A stretch of DNA of 60,491 nucleotides, filler included, from Nitrospirae bacterium CG2_30_53_67 (lineage in GTDB: Bacteria; CG2-30-53-67): assembly GCA_001873285.1 (NCBI GenBank). It is 6 parts of 6 records of this genome, joined end to end, with 100 filler letters (N's around TTAATTAATTAA, not from the genome) between each part and the next. Parts side by side here need not be neighbours in the genome. Positions count along the whole stretch, not along the records: positions 47,861 to 51,720 come from MNYV01000151.1; positions 51,821 to 56,734 come from MNYV01000116.1; positions 56,835 to 60,491 come from MNYV01000053.1; 3 more parts are not named here. One strand, written 5' to 3'. Shown here piece by piece: positions 49,005 to 58,724 of this stretch (its first letter is position 1; each line of letters starts with the position of its first letter). A model generated the notes under the pieces. It was not told the DNA's origin and searched no databases. It saw nothing but the letters and a program-made list of their open reading frames with translations. A program made the translations under genes and the position numbers.

Positions 49005-50318
49005 CTACCAGCAGATGCCATCATAGGCGGCCTCCGTTGAAATGTCATCACTGAGCCTCACAAGATCAATAATGATCTGATCCTTTGAGACGCTGCCCAG
49101 TATTTTTCTGAATTCCTCGGATCGAGTGCCGATTACCAGCACCTCCGAGTCCTGCACCACCTTTTCAATATCATCAACCATCAAGGAGGCAACGTGATGG
49201 ATATGTTTCTCGATATACTCCTTGTTCGCCCCGATCAGTCTGGAGAGGGCAACGTTCCTGTCATAGATGGAGATGGCATACCCTTTGCCCAGGAGTGTCT
49301 CAATCATCTCCACCATGGGGCTCTCTCTCAGATCGTCCGTGCCCTCCTTGAAACTGAACCCGAGAAAACCGATCCTTTTCTTTCCTGTCCCGATGATCCT
49401 GTTGATGCCGATCTTCAACTGGGTTTCATTGCTCATGAGAAGGGAGTTCAGCAGAGGCACGGATAGGTCCAGCTCTTTGGCCTTATAAACCAGCGCCCGA
49501 ATATCCTTGGGCAGACATGAGCCTCCGAAGGCAAATCCAGGTTTTAAATAATAGGGAGAAAGATTCAGTTTGGTATCCCGGCAGAAGATCTCCATGACCT
49601 TGTAGCTGTCGATATTGAGATGCTTGCAGATATTCCCAATCTCATTGGCAAAGCAGACCTTCACCGCGTGAAAGGAGTTATCCGTATATTTCACCATTTC
49701 CGCCACCTTAATGGTCGTTCTGATCAGGGGCGCCTTTAGGTTTTGGTAAATGCCGGCAACCTGGTCCCCGCTTTTATCGTTGGAAGCGCCTATGACTGTC
49801 TTTGGCGGATCATAAAAATCAGAGATGGCCGTTCCTTCACGGAGAAACTCGGGATTGAAACAGATGCCGAAATCCTTATTTACTTTCTTCCCGGACGCAT
49901 CCTCTATCAGGGGCAATAGAACATCTTCCACGGTGCCCGGCAGAACCGTGCTCCGAACGACAATAACATGGAAGGCATTTTTCTCTCTTAGAGCGGTTCC
50001 GATATTCTCACAGACCCGTGACAAATAGGTCAGGTTCAGGCTCCCGTTCGCATGGCTCGGTGTGCCTACGCATATCATTGAAATATCCGTATGATGGACG
50101 GCCTCCTTGTAATCGGTGGATGCTGATAAAAGCCCCTTTGCCGCGCATTTCTCGATCATGGGCGAGAGGTCTTTTTCAATGATCGGCGATTTCCCATCAT
50201 TGATCATCTTCACCTTGGTCTCGTTGATATCCACACCCATCACGGTGTGCCCGTCGTTTGCAATACAGGCAGACGAGACACACCCCACGTATCCCATACC
50301 AAAAATACTGATCTTCAT
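49005..50318 (-). CDS. UDP-glucose/GDP-mannose dehydrogenase (AlgD-like)
   Basis: IFGMGYVG, CVGTPS, NPEFLREG, FGGSCLPKD, FKEGTDDLRESP, C-terminal YDGICW. Confidence 0.93.
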   Translation of the reverse strand: MKISIFGMGYVGCVSSACIANDGHTVMGVDINETKVKMINDGKSPIIEKDLSPMIEKCAAKGLLSASTDYKEAVHHTDISMICVGTPSHANGSLNLTYLSRVCENIGTALREKNAFHVIVVRSTVLPGTVEDVLLPLIEDASGKKVNKDFGICFNPEFLREGTAISDFYDPPKTVIGASNDKSGDQVAGIYQNLKAPLIRTTIKVAEMVKYTDNSFHAVKVCFANEIGNICKHLNIDSYKVMEIFCRDTKLNLSPYYLKPGFAFGGSCLPKDIRALVYKAKELDLSVPLLNSLLMSNETQLKIGINRIIGTGKKRIGFLGFSFKEGTDDLRESPMVEMIETLLGKGYAISIYDRNVALSRLIGANKEYIEKHIHHVASLMVDDIEKVVQDSEVLVIGTRSEEFRKILGSVSKDQIIIDLVRLSDDISTEAAYDGICW

Positions 50319-51535
50319 ACTCCTCCCCTCATCCGAACCGCATGGTCCATAATCTGCTCAAACTGGTGACCGATCATCTCCCATGAAAACCTTGCTTCTA
50401 CGGCTTTTCTTGCCCGTTCTTCCAAAGCCGCCCTTAATTCCCCGTCCCGGATGACCCGGATGACCTTTTCTGCAAAGACCTGAGGCGTGTCGGCGATCAG
50501 GATCTCTTCTCCGGATGTGAGGCCCAACCCCTCGGCGCCCACGGACGTGGACACCACCGCAAGCCCAGTGGCCATGGCCTCCGGAATCTTAAGCCGGGTT
50601 CCGCCCGCGATCCTCAGCGGAACCACAAAGCAGTCGGCGGCGGCCAGGAAAGGGCGGATGTCATCCACGCCGCCGGTCACCACGATATTCTCCTCCGAAG
50701 ACGCGAGACCTCTGATGGATGGAGTGGGCTTCCTTCCAACGATGGTGAGCCCGGCATGAGGAATCTCTTTTCTGATCTTCGGATAGATCTCCTTGACGAA
50801 ATAGATCATGGAATCTTCATTGGGTATCCAGTCCATGGATCCGGAAAAGACAATATTGCCGGGCCTTCTCTCCCGGCTTTTTCGTTTGCCGAAGAACTCA
50901 AGATTGACGCCGGTACCGATGACTTCGACCGGCAGATCTCGGATGTGACCCAGCATTCCCAGCTTATCCTTTTCCGATACCGCAACAATGGCGTCAAACC
51001 TGTTTAATATCGAAAACTCATAGGATACCATCTTCCGGTACTGATGATAGAGAAACCACTTTTTCAGGAAACGGTGATTTTCAACGTACCGTCTCCAGAT
51101 CAACGACTCCACATTATGGCAGAAGATGAGCCTTGGAACCTGAGAATCCCAATACATATTTAAGGCTGGGAAGATGAAATCGCAGACCACGCAATCGACC
51201 TTGCCATTGGATAGAAGATCCTTGACCTTGCGCTTCAGCCCGGGGTGGTAATACTTGCCCACTGCATAGGGATAGGGGGAAAATAAGTTGCGCGCCAGGT
51301 CCAGATAGAAGCGCGCCGTGTACTTCTCTTCCTTGGGTTTTCTTTCGATGGTGTGCATCTCGGCGCACCATGATTTCATCTCTTGAATGCCGGCCAAATC
51401 ATTCTCGCCATCGGCAAAACAGCAGTAGATGATGTTGTGCCTCTTGGAAAGCTCTTTTAGAATCCAGTAGGTCCGGAGTTTTCCGCCCGTGTTCGGCGGA
51501 TAGATGATGTCGGTCTTGAGCCAGAGGATGTTCAT
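50315..51535 (-). CDS. Glycosyltransferase family 4
   Basis: YPPNTGGKLRT, HNVES, FSGSMDWIPN, GGTRLKIPEAMA. Confidence 0.92.
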   Translation of the reverse strand: MNILWLKTDIIYPPNTGGKLRTYWILKELSKRHNIIYCCFADGENDLAGIQEMKSWCAEMHTIERKPKEEKYTARFYLDLARNLFSPYPYAVGKYYHPGLKRKVKDLLSNGKVDCVVCDFIFPALNMYWDSQVPRLIFCHNVESLIWRRYVENHRFLKKWFLYHQYRKMVSYEFSILNRFDAIVAVSEKDKLGMLGHIRDLPVEVIGTGVNLEFFGKRKSRERRPGNIVFSGSMDWIPNEDSMIYFVKEIYPKIRKEIPHAGLTIVGRKPTPSIRGLASSEENIVVTGGVDDIRPFLAAADCFVVPLRIAGGTRLKIPEAMATGLAVVSTSVGAEGLGLTSGEEILIADTPQVFAEKVIRVIRDGELRAALEERARKAVEARFSWEMIGHQFEQIMDHAVRMRGGV

Positions 51536-51720
51536 GGGGTTTCTTGATGGTCTCGCAATGAGAGCCGTTCCAGGGCCTCGCCGGCGCGTCGGTGAAATTC
51601 CGAGGGGTCCATCTTCGGCTTCCAATCCTTAACATACCCGTCTTTATCGAGAGGGAGACTTTCCTGCACTCTCTTCAAGAACCTCTCTGCTTGCTCTCGG
51701 ACCTCCGGTTTAGTATCCGG
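51532..51720 (-). CDS. C-terminal fragment of an upstream gene of unknown function
   Basis: Open frame PDTKPEVREQ..DHQETP* whose stop overlaps the GT start (ATGA). Confidence 0.55.
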   Translation of the reverse strand, partial: PDTKPEVREQAERFLKRVQESLPLDKDGYVKDWKPKMDPSEFHRRAGEALERLSLRDHQETP

Positions 51721-51820
51721 NNNNNNNNNNNNNNNNNNNNNNNNNNNNNNNNNNNNNNNNNNNNTTAATTAATTAANNNNNNNNNNNNNNNNNNNNNNNN
51801 NNNNNNNNNNNNNNNNNNNN
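51721..51820. other. Artificial contig linker
   Basis: N-TTAATTAATTAA-N. Confidence 0.98.
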
Positions 51821-53269
51821 ATGACCATCCCCATGCCGTCCCTTCCCAATCTTACGGCCATGACGCCTGAACTCATGGTTCTGTTCTCCGCTCTGGCCGT
51901 GCTGATCATTGATTTTGCCTGGCCAAGGGTGAACAAGGGTTTCCTCGCCTTTCTCGGCGCCTTCGGCCTTGCAGCCGCCGGGATACTCAGTTACCAATCA
52001 CTCGCCCTGAACATCCCCACGCACATCGCGGGTCTCTCGGCTGACGCCTATGCCCAGTTCTTCAAGATCATCTTCTGCGCGGCGGGCATCATGGTCATGG
52101 GGATCTCGGTCCGGTTTCTGGCGCTGGAAGGATACAATTACGGGGAGTTTTACGCCATCGTCCTCCTTGCCGTCCTCGGTCAGATGATCATGGCCTCGGG
52201 GACCAACCTTCTCGTGATCTACGTGGGTCTCGAACTCATGGCCATCTCCCTCTACATCCTGGCCGGGCTCTTTAAAAGAAACGATAAATCCAATGAGGCC
52301 TCGCTCAAGTACTACCTGCTCGGGTCCTTCTCTTCTGGTTTTTTCCTCTACGGGGTCATGATGACCTACGGCCTGACCGGGAGCCTGGATCTTGCAACCA
52401 TCGGAGGCCTCGTCGCCGGGGGGCATTTCTCCGGGCTTCTCCTGCTCGCCGTGATCATGATGGCCGCCGGGTTTGCCTTCAAAATTGCCGCCGTGCCTTT
52501 CCACTTCTGGAGTCCGGATGTCTATGAAGGGGCGCCTACCTCGGTCACTGCCTTCATGTCCGTGGGGCCCAAGGCCGCGGCCTTTGCCGCCCTGATCCGG
52601 GTCTTCACCGTGGCCTTCGGATCCCTTCGTCCGGACTGGGTGACCCTTTTCATCTGTCTCTCTATTGCCACCATGATCACCGGGAACTTCATCGCTCTCA
52701 GGCAGACCAACATCAAGCGGATGCTCGCCTATTCCAGCATCGCCCATGCCGGCTATCTCATGATCGGGTTCATCGTGGGAGGCGAGACCGGAACGTCGAG
52801 TGTGCTCCTCTATCTCTTCGTGTACGCCTTCATGAACATCGGCGCCTTCGGCGTGGTCATCCTGCTTAACCGCGTGGGAGGGGTCGGGGACCGGATCGAT
52901 GATTTTTCCGGCCTCGCCGGGATCAGCCCGGCCTCGGCCTTTGTGATGATGGTCTTCATGTTCTCGCTCGCCGGCATCCCCCCTACGGCCGGGTTTGCAG
53001 GAAAGTTCTATATCTTCATGGGAGCGGTCAAGGCAGGCTATGTCTGGCTGGCCGTGATCGGCGTGCTCAATTCCGCGGTCTCCGCCTTCTATTATCTCCG
53101 GGTCATCATGAAGATGTACATGGCCGAGCCGGTCAAGGAACCCGTGCTCAATGTCTCCACGGCCATGTCCGCCGTCCTTTTCGCTGCCGTGATTGCCGTG
53201 CTCGCCATCGGGATCTTCCCCGAGTTCTTCCTCGAACTCGCCATCTCCTCGGCGGCATCGATCCTGTAG
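51821..53269 (+). CDS. nuoN: NADH-quinone oxidoreductase subunit N
   Basis: EASLKYYLLG, FKIAAVPFHFWSPDVYEGAPT, KRMLAYSSIAHAGY, SLAGIPP. Confidence 0.96.
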   Translation: MTIPMPSLPNLTAMTPELMVLFSALAVLIIDFAWPRVNKGFLAFLGAFGLAAAGILSYQSLALNIPTHIAGLSADAYAQFFKIIFCAAGIMVMGISVRFLALEGYNYGEFYAIVLLAVLGQMIMASGTNLLVIYVGLELMAISLYILAGLFKRNDKSNEASLKYYLLGSFSSGFFLYGVMMTYGLTGSLDLATIGGLVAGGHFSGLLLLAVIMMAAGFAFKIAAVPFHFWSPDVYEGAPTSVTAFMSVGPKAAAFAALIRVFTVAFGSLRPDWVTLFICLSIATMITGNFIALRQTNIKRMLAYSSIAHAGYLMIGFIVGGETGTSSVLLYLFVYAFMNIGAFGVVILLNRVGGVGDRIDDFSGLAGISPASAFVMMVFMFSLAGIPPTAGFAGKFYIFMGAVKAGYVWLAVIGVLNSAVSAFYYLRVIMKMYMAEPVKEPVLNVSTAMSAVLFAAVIAVLAIGIFPEFFLELAISSAASIL

Positions 53270-53469
53270 CCGTCCGTGTTCATTTTATTCCTCAATCACA
53301 ATGATTCCATAGCAATAACATAGGGACACTTCCCCTATATTTATTTAATCGGAATGACCTCTTGTCGAAATTACTTCTAACGGGGTTCTGAGGGTCTCTC
53401 CACAAAAAGAAATATGTTTACAATTCCCATAGATCTTGATAAAAGTATGCATGATAGCTGATCGGTTCA

Positions 53470-53529
53470 GTCCAACGCGTTTTATCCGAAACGCCTCCGG
53501 CGCTACGGATAAAACGCTATGCGTTATGT
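53470..53529 (+). other. attC-like integron recombination site (60 bp)
   Basis: GTCCAAC..GCGTTTTATCCG/CGGATAAAACGC..GTTATGT; next ATG follows after 10 bp. Confidence 0.65.
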
Positions 53530-53539
53530 AATCTCTGAA

Positions 53540-54085
53540 ATGGACAAAATCACATTAGATACCAATGTATTAAGAGACTGGGCGTGGTCTGAAGGCGGGT
53601 CTTTAGAAAACCGATACGGTAACTTAAACGCCAAAAAGGAGGAAATTCAGCAACTCGTGTAAAGGCTTAAGTCTCTTCGGGACAGAGGCGCTTGTGAACT
53701 CGGTGTGACCACGCAGTTGTACACGGATTACGATCATAAAAAACCAGACAATCTACCCGGCTATATACGGGAGATGATCGGACCATATGTGAATGTAGCT
53801 AAGCCAGCAATTTTTACCTTCCCACTCGAGTTTCCCGTTAAATTTGTGGACAAGGAAAAGGTAAAGGAAATATTTGAAGTTATTTTCCCTAATGCAGAAC
53901 CCGGGGACAAGAATTATGACATGAACCATAAAGATGCTTTACTATTGTATGCACATATGATGGCTGAGCGAGACATTTTTATAACATCTGATACTGCAAT
54001 ATTGAGGCAAAGAGATTTGCTGGAACAAAAATGGGGTATCAAAGTGAAAACTCTTATCGAGTATGTTACAAAGAAATTATCTTAG
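53540..54085 (+). pseudogene. PIN-domain-like protein with one in-frame TAA (53660-53662); AT-rich
   Basis: MDKITLDTNVL..*..NHKDALLLYAH..DIFITSD. Confidence 0.7.
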
Positions 54086-54143
54086 ATGTCATAAAGTAAC
54101 AGACAGGAATCACTTGCCCTTGGGGATGTTCGTCGAAAGGAAT

Positions 54144-54364
54144 GTCGAACCGGATGCAGGCTAAGGGGCCCTATTCGTAAATACGGTGGCATTCGAGGGT
54201 CGTAGGGCGGTCGGATCAAAGTTTCGCTCCTTGCGGTGTACCAGAAGGGTACGCCTCAGTCGCGCGCCTTGACGAGACCGCCCTACGACCCTCTCGGTAC
54301 GTCACCATATTTACGAACAGGACCACTAAGTCCTAAAGGCTGCGCCTGATCCGCGCTGTTGTAT
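54144..54364 (+). other. attC-like site interrupted by a MITE
   Basis: With the MITE removed: GTCGAAC CGGATGCAGGC..GCCTGATCCG CGCT GTTGTAT, with one unpaired G. Confidence 0.55.
54165..54326 (+). mobile_element. 162-bp MITE with TAA target-site duplication
   Basis: TAA | GGGGCCCTATTCGTAAATA..TATTTACGAACAGGACCAC | TAA. Confidence 0.9.
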
Positions 54365-54399
54365 TTTCATCAATCAAGAAACATCAAAAGGAGCAGATC

Positions 54400-54960
54400 A
54401 TGTTGGAACCTGATAAAATCACTATGTATACAGGCGGTCACAGAGGCACGGAAGAATATTTCGGACAAACGGCTGAGAAGTGGGGCATGACAGAGGTGAC
54501 CTTTAATTTTGAAGGGCATGATATCAGCCGTGAGCGGGGACTGAGAATCTTGTCCGATGAGGAGCTGTCGCGTGGCGCCGTGGGTCCGGACATCATCAAG
54601 AAACGGATGGAACGCTCATTGGCAACAACGCCCATGATGCAAAAGATCTTCCAGGTCTTGTTCCATATCGTCAACAACGGTTATCAGGTCTTTGCCGTCG
54701 GCTGGTTATTGTCGAATGGAACCGTCAAGGGAGGCACAGGATGGGGTGTTGAACTGGCAAAGTTATTCAACAGGCCCGTGTACCTGTTTGAGCAGGATCG
54801 GAAAGAGTGGGTTTCCTGGATCCATAATGAATGGGTAACCGAAGATCCGGTGATATCACATAAAACAATAGCCGTTACCGGCACACGTTATTTGAGCGAC
54901 GAAGGCAGGCGGGCCATTGATGATCTGTTTGAGCGCTCGTTCAAGACCTCTGAGAAATAA
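54400..54960 (+). CDS. Conserved hypothetical protein, SLOG-like Rossmannoid fold
   Basis: MYTGGHRGTE, VKGGTGW.VELAK..RPVYLFEQ, AVTGTR; SD AAGGAG. Confidence 0.65.
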   Translation: MLEPDKITMYTGGHRGTEEYFGQTAEKWGMTEVTFNFEGHDISRERGLRILSDEELSRGAVGPDIIKKRMERSLATTPMMQKIFQVLFHIVNNGYQVFAVGWLLSNGTVKGGTGWGVELAKLFNRPVYLFEQDRKEWVSWIHNEWVTEDPVISHKTIAVTGTRYLSDEGRRAIDDLFERSFKTSEK

Positions 54961-55238
54961 AGATACTTCGAGGGAGTCCGCTCCCTGCAGGAATTGAATT
55001 CCGAGGACATACATCATTCCTGAGTATGCTTGTTGAATGCGGGAAAAACTCTGCGCCGGGCAAAATAACCTCAAAGAGAGAGGCGGGACATTTCCCATTT
55101 CCACTCGACAGGAATTGCTCATGGAGCATGATTGATGACCGAGCAGATCAAACCACCGTACCTCCGCAGGGATGAGACACGCGGGGACCTGCAGGTCCGG
55201 ATCGTAGATGGGTATCTTCGAGGACAGATCCCTGTTGT

Positions 55239-55727
55239 TTATTCAACCGTGATTTTGGCGTCTTCAATGATGACGGCATATCGATAGCCGGCGCCGAAGT
55301 CTTTGTCCACGGCCACGACACCGCTGGCCAGAACCGTATCACCTACTTTGGCCGTCCCGTTGGTGGTGATGGTCAGGTCATGAGTCCCCTGATCGCCGGT
55401 TCCATCCTGCAGGTGAAGCCAGTTCTTTCCCATAATCTCCGGGGTGAACTTGACCACCTTGCCGCGCACCGTCACGTTCTTGCCTGAGAGATTGCTTTTG
55501 TCGGCGTAAATTTCGGCGACGGTTCTGCCTCCCTCTGCCTTTTTAAGATCGGAAAAGTCAACGCCTGACGATGCGGTTGAGGGGGGCGTGATGTGGCTCC
55601 GGCTGGCATCCGGGCTCCCCTGGGGAATCCGGCCTGCAGGTTGATCCGCTCCGGCCACGGTTATGCCGGGAACAAAGTAGACCGTGTCAAATGTGCGGTC
55701 CAGGGTCTTGCTGTGAAAATTTTCCAT
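55239..55727 (-). CDS. OB-fold protein, probably 5' truncated
   Basis: VTVRGKVVK..IMGKNWLHLQDG..DKDFGAGYRY; starts at an internal-looking MENFHSKTLDRTFD with no SD or signal peptide. Confidence 0.7.
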   Translation of the reverse strand: MENFHSKTLDRTFDTVYFVPGITVAGADQPAGRIPQGSPDASRSHITPPSTASSGVDFSDLKKAEGGRTVAEIYADKSNLSGKNVTVRGKVVKFTPEIMGKNWLHLQDGTGDQGTHDLTITTNGTAKVGDTVLASGVVAVDKDFGAGYRYAVIIEDAKITVE

Positions 55728-55751
55728 TTATAAACCATTAATCAAGCATTC

Positions 55752-55818
55752 TTGACAACAGCCCGGTATTTAGTGTAATGTGTACGAAACAGTCGGGCCT
55801 GTTGCGGCCCGTTTTTTT
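55752..55818 (+). promoter_or_regulatory. prfC promoter and leader hairpin with U-tract
   Basis: TTGACA-16-TGTAAT; CGGGCC-tgttgc-GGCCCG-T7. Confidence 0.6.
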
Positions 55819-55832
55819 GTGTCCGTGAAGCG

Positions 55833-56734
55833 ATGGCGCAAAACACCATGATAACCATGAAAAAACATGATCAGAATGAGGTGGACCGGCGGCGCACCTT
55901 CGGGATCATCAGCCATCCTGATGCAGGGAAAACCACCCTGACGGAAAAACTCCTCCTGTTCGGCGGAGCGATCCAGCTTGCCGGCGCGGTCAAATCAAAG
56001 AAGGCTGCCCGTTATGCCACCAGTGACTGGATGGCCATCGAAAAGGAACGCGGGATCTCGGTCACCACATCCGTCATGAATTTCAACTACCGGGATTTCG
56101 AGGTCAACCTGCTCGACACGCCGGGACACCAGGATTTCTCGGAAGACACCTACCGGGTGCTCACGGCTGTGGACAGCGCCCTGATGGTGATCGACAGCGG
56201 CAAAGGCGTTGAGCCGCAGACCGAGAAGCTGATGGAGGTCTGCCGTATGCGTAACACCCCGATTATGACCTTTATCAACAAGCTCGACCGGGAGGGGCTG
56301 CCTCCCCTGGACCTGCTGGCCGACATCGAGGACAAATTGCAGATTGAATGCGCGCCCATGACGTGGCCGATCGGGATGGGAAAGCTCTTCAAGGGGGTCT
56401 ACAACCTGAACCGTAAGGAACTTCAGCTCTTCACCTCCGGCAAGGAGACCCGGACACAGGATAGGATTATGATCTCCGACCTCTCCGATCCCAGACTGGA
56501 CGTCTTGCTGGGAAGTCAGGCCGACGAACTGCGGGAGGATGCCGCTCTGCTCCAGAACGCCGCCAACCCCTTTGATTACCAGGGCTATCTCAAGGGGTAT
56601 CAGACGCCTGTGTTTTTCGGAAGCGCTCTCAATAACTTCGGCGTCAGAGAGCTGCTCGATTCATTCGTTGAGATGGCTCCTCCCCCCGGTCCGATGACCG
56701 CCCTGTCCCGTGAGGTGTCGCCCTACGAGGAGAC
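55833..56734 (+). CDS. prfC: Peptide chain release factor 3 (3' truncated)
   Basis: [50 protein letters not shown]. Confidence 0.97.
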
Positions 56735-56834
56735 NNNNNNNNNNNNNNNNNNNNNNNNNNNNNNNNNNNNNNNNNNNNTTAATTAATTAANNNNNNNNNN
56801 NNNNNNNNNNNNNNNNNNNNNNNNNNNNNNNNNN
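56735..56834. other. Artificial contig linker
   Basis: N-TTAATTAATTAA-N. Confidence 0.98.
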
Positions 56835-56885
56835 ATTGCGCCTGACCTGTTTCAATCCTCACCCGCCCACGTGGGCGGGTGCTAC
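56835..56885 (-). CRISPR. First repeat (37 bp, 56849-56885) and 14 nt of the first spacer of a CRISPR array truncated by the contig end
   Basis: GTAGCACCCGCCCACGTGGGCGGGTGAGGATTGAAAC: palindromic with ATTGAAAC end; lies downstream of cas2 and an AT-rich leader. Confidence 0.85.
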
Positions 56886-57062
56886 TGTTCTTGCTCTTTT
56901 TGCTTTGATTTCAATATGTTGAAAAACATATTCTGCGAAATCATAAAATCGGTCTTAAATATTCTCGATGCAAACACTGCACTATCACCTAACATATTGA
57001 TAAAAGCTATTTTTTATCTTCCACGAATCTTACGGCTTTTTCGATAGCGCGTCAGGTTCGCA
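56886..57062 (-). promoter_or_regulatory. CRISPR leader
   Basis: AT-rich non-coding stretch between cas2 and the repeat. Confidence 0.75.
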
Positions 57063-57353
57063 CTAAATGATCAGAGGTTCATCAAAGAAAATAGTTTTTG
57101 CCGTCCCATACTCTTCTACATGTTCATCTCTTGGCTCTGTCAGGCGATATAAACGCAGATTATCCTCTTCCTTATTGATTTCTTCCAAGAGTTTCTTTCG
57201 CAGATCCTCATACTTCATCTCATCCACCTGACATTCAAAGACCGATTTTTGAACACGCTGGCCGTAGTTCTTACATGCCTGAGCCACGCGGCGAAGCCTT
57301 CGGCGTCCGGATTTCGTATCCGTTGACACATCATAAGCAACGATGATCCACAT
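57063..57353 (-). CDS. cas2: CRISPR-associated endonuclease Cas2
   Basis: [27 protein letters not shown]. Confidence 0.97.
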   Translation of the reverse strand: MWIIVAYDVSTDTKSGRRRLRRVAQACKNYGQRVQKSVFECQVDEMKYEDLRKKLLEEINKEEDNLRLYRLTEPRDEHVEEYGTAKTIFFDEPLII

Positions 57354-57367
57354 ATATCATTTCCTCC

Positions 57368-58402
57368 CTATGAATACAAGAAAGGTGGATAGACTTCCAG
57401 ATCGCCTCTCAGGTGTCTTGCCAAAAGTCGTGCCTGAACATGGGGGAGCAGGCCAAATGGAACCTTCTCATTTAATACAGGATGTTTGAATTCATCCTGC
57501 TTCCTCTTTTGATACGACACCACGACAGTCTTTCGTCCCTCGTCGTTCAACAGGGTTGCGCCGCCTGGCCGCACTTCAAAGTCCTTTGCCGTAATCTGCT
57601 TGCGATTGATCAGAGTAAGCGCCAGCCGGTCTGCCAGCAGCGAACGGAACTCTTCCATCAAGTCGAGTCCCAATGACGGTCTTCCCGGTCTGAGGGCATG
57701 GAGAAAACCCATCTGTGAATCAAGCCCCACTCCCTCCAGTGCAGAGATACAATCGTTCAGCACAAGCGTATAGAGAAAAGACAACAGGCCGTTCACCGGA
57801 TCGAGCGGCGGCCTCCTGTTTCGCCCATTCATCTTGAACGTTTTGCGTGCGTCCTCTTTCACCATCCGGTCAAAAACACCGAAATAGGCATTGGCCGACT
57901 CACCTTCAAAACCCCGCACCACATCAATATCGTGCGTATCCTTCAGACGAAAGAGCGCATCGGCGAGAATATCGGCAGCCTTCTTGAGAGCTGAGATCTC
58001 TTCCTGATTCTCGGTTTCCCTGGCTCCGCGAAGAAGCACCTCACGGGAATTTCTAACCTTTCCCGCCACGATGTTCCGGGCAACCCCTATCGACTTCTCT
58101 TTATCCCTGACAAACTCATACTGTGCCTGTCTGAGCAGGACGTTTCCTGTGGTCTTGCCTACCATTCGGCATTTGAACTGGCCGTTCCGGTCCAGGATCA
58201 CGACTGCTCTCCCGTCGTCAGCACAGCGTCCCAGAAGAAACGGGCTCATCATCACGTTTCCCATGGTCACGATGGCCCCGAGATGATGGAGCGGCACCTG
58301 CATCTGCACATTGCCTTCCACTTCCACCTTCAGGGTTTCATGATCCAGATTCAGGTAGGCGCCTTGTGTCATGACATAAAGCGTATTCAGGAGTTGTTTC
58401 AT
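57368..58402 (-). CDS. cas1: Cas1, type I-C-like
   Basis: MKQLLNTLYV, GNVLLR..QY, RNRRPPLDPVN.LLSF.Y, GFLH..RPGR.SL.LDLMEE. Confidence 0.96.
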   Translation of the reverse strand: MKQLLNTLYVMTQGAYLNLDHETLKVEVEGNVQMQVPLHHLGAIVTMGNVMMSPFLLGRCADDGRAVVILDRNGQFKCRMVGKTTGNVLLRQAQYEFVRDKEKSIGVARNIVAGKVRNSREVLLRGARETENQEEISALKKAADILADALFRLKDTHDIDVVRGFEGESANAYFGVFDRMVKEDARKTFKMNGRNRRPPLDPVNGLLSFLYTLVLNDCISALEGVGLDSQMGFLHALRPGRPSLGLDLMEEFRSLLADRLALTLINRKQITAKDFEVRPGGATLLNDEGRKTVVVSYQKRKQDEFKHPVLNEKVPFGLLPHVQARLLARHLRGDLEVYPPFLYS

Positions 58403-58443
58403 GCTTATGGCCCTCTGCTTTAGAGAATTTAGAGAATTTTCCC

Positions 58444-58472
58444 TTGACTTAGTCAACTACTTGGTTTAATAT
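58444..58472 (+). promoter_or_regulatory. TA promoter with a palindromic operator over the -35 box
   Basis: TTGACT-T-AGTCAA palindrome; TTGACT-17-TAATAT; ATG 6 bp later (probably leaderless). Confidence 0.65.
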
Positions 58473-58478
58473 TTGACC

Positions 58479-58724
58479 ATGAAAAAGATCAATATTCATG
58501 AAGCAAAAACCCATCTCTCACACTACCTCGAAGAAGTGGAGCATGGGGAAATCGTCGTCGTGTGCAGGCGGAACCAGCCGGTCGCTGAAATACGTCCCCT
58601 TGCTCCCCATCGGCATAGGCCGCGTCCCATAGGCTTGTCCAAAGGCAAATTCACAGTGCCTGCCTCGTTCTTCGATGAGTTGCCGGAGGACATGCTCGCG
58701 ATGTTTGGCGGTGCCGAATCGTGA
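58479..58724 (+). CDS. Phd/YefM family antitoxin
   Basis: INIHEAKTHLS..VEHGE..R.QPVAEI.P..R.IG..KG. Confidence 0.93.
   Translation: MKKINIHEAKTHLSHYLEEVEHGEIVVVCRRNQPVAEIRPLAPHRHRPRPIGLSKGKFTVPASFFDELPEDMLAMFGGAES

Noticed and set aside
48526..49054. DGR template/variable repeat pair
   Set aside because: The three mismatches are not adenine-specific, there is no reverse transcriptase, and the target is a metabolic enzyme
53374..53386. ACTTCTAACGGGG as an additional attC/attI core
   Set aside because: The same 13-mer occurs at ~36267 with no cassette context and no matching GTT arm; more likely another repeat end
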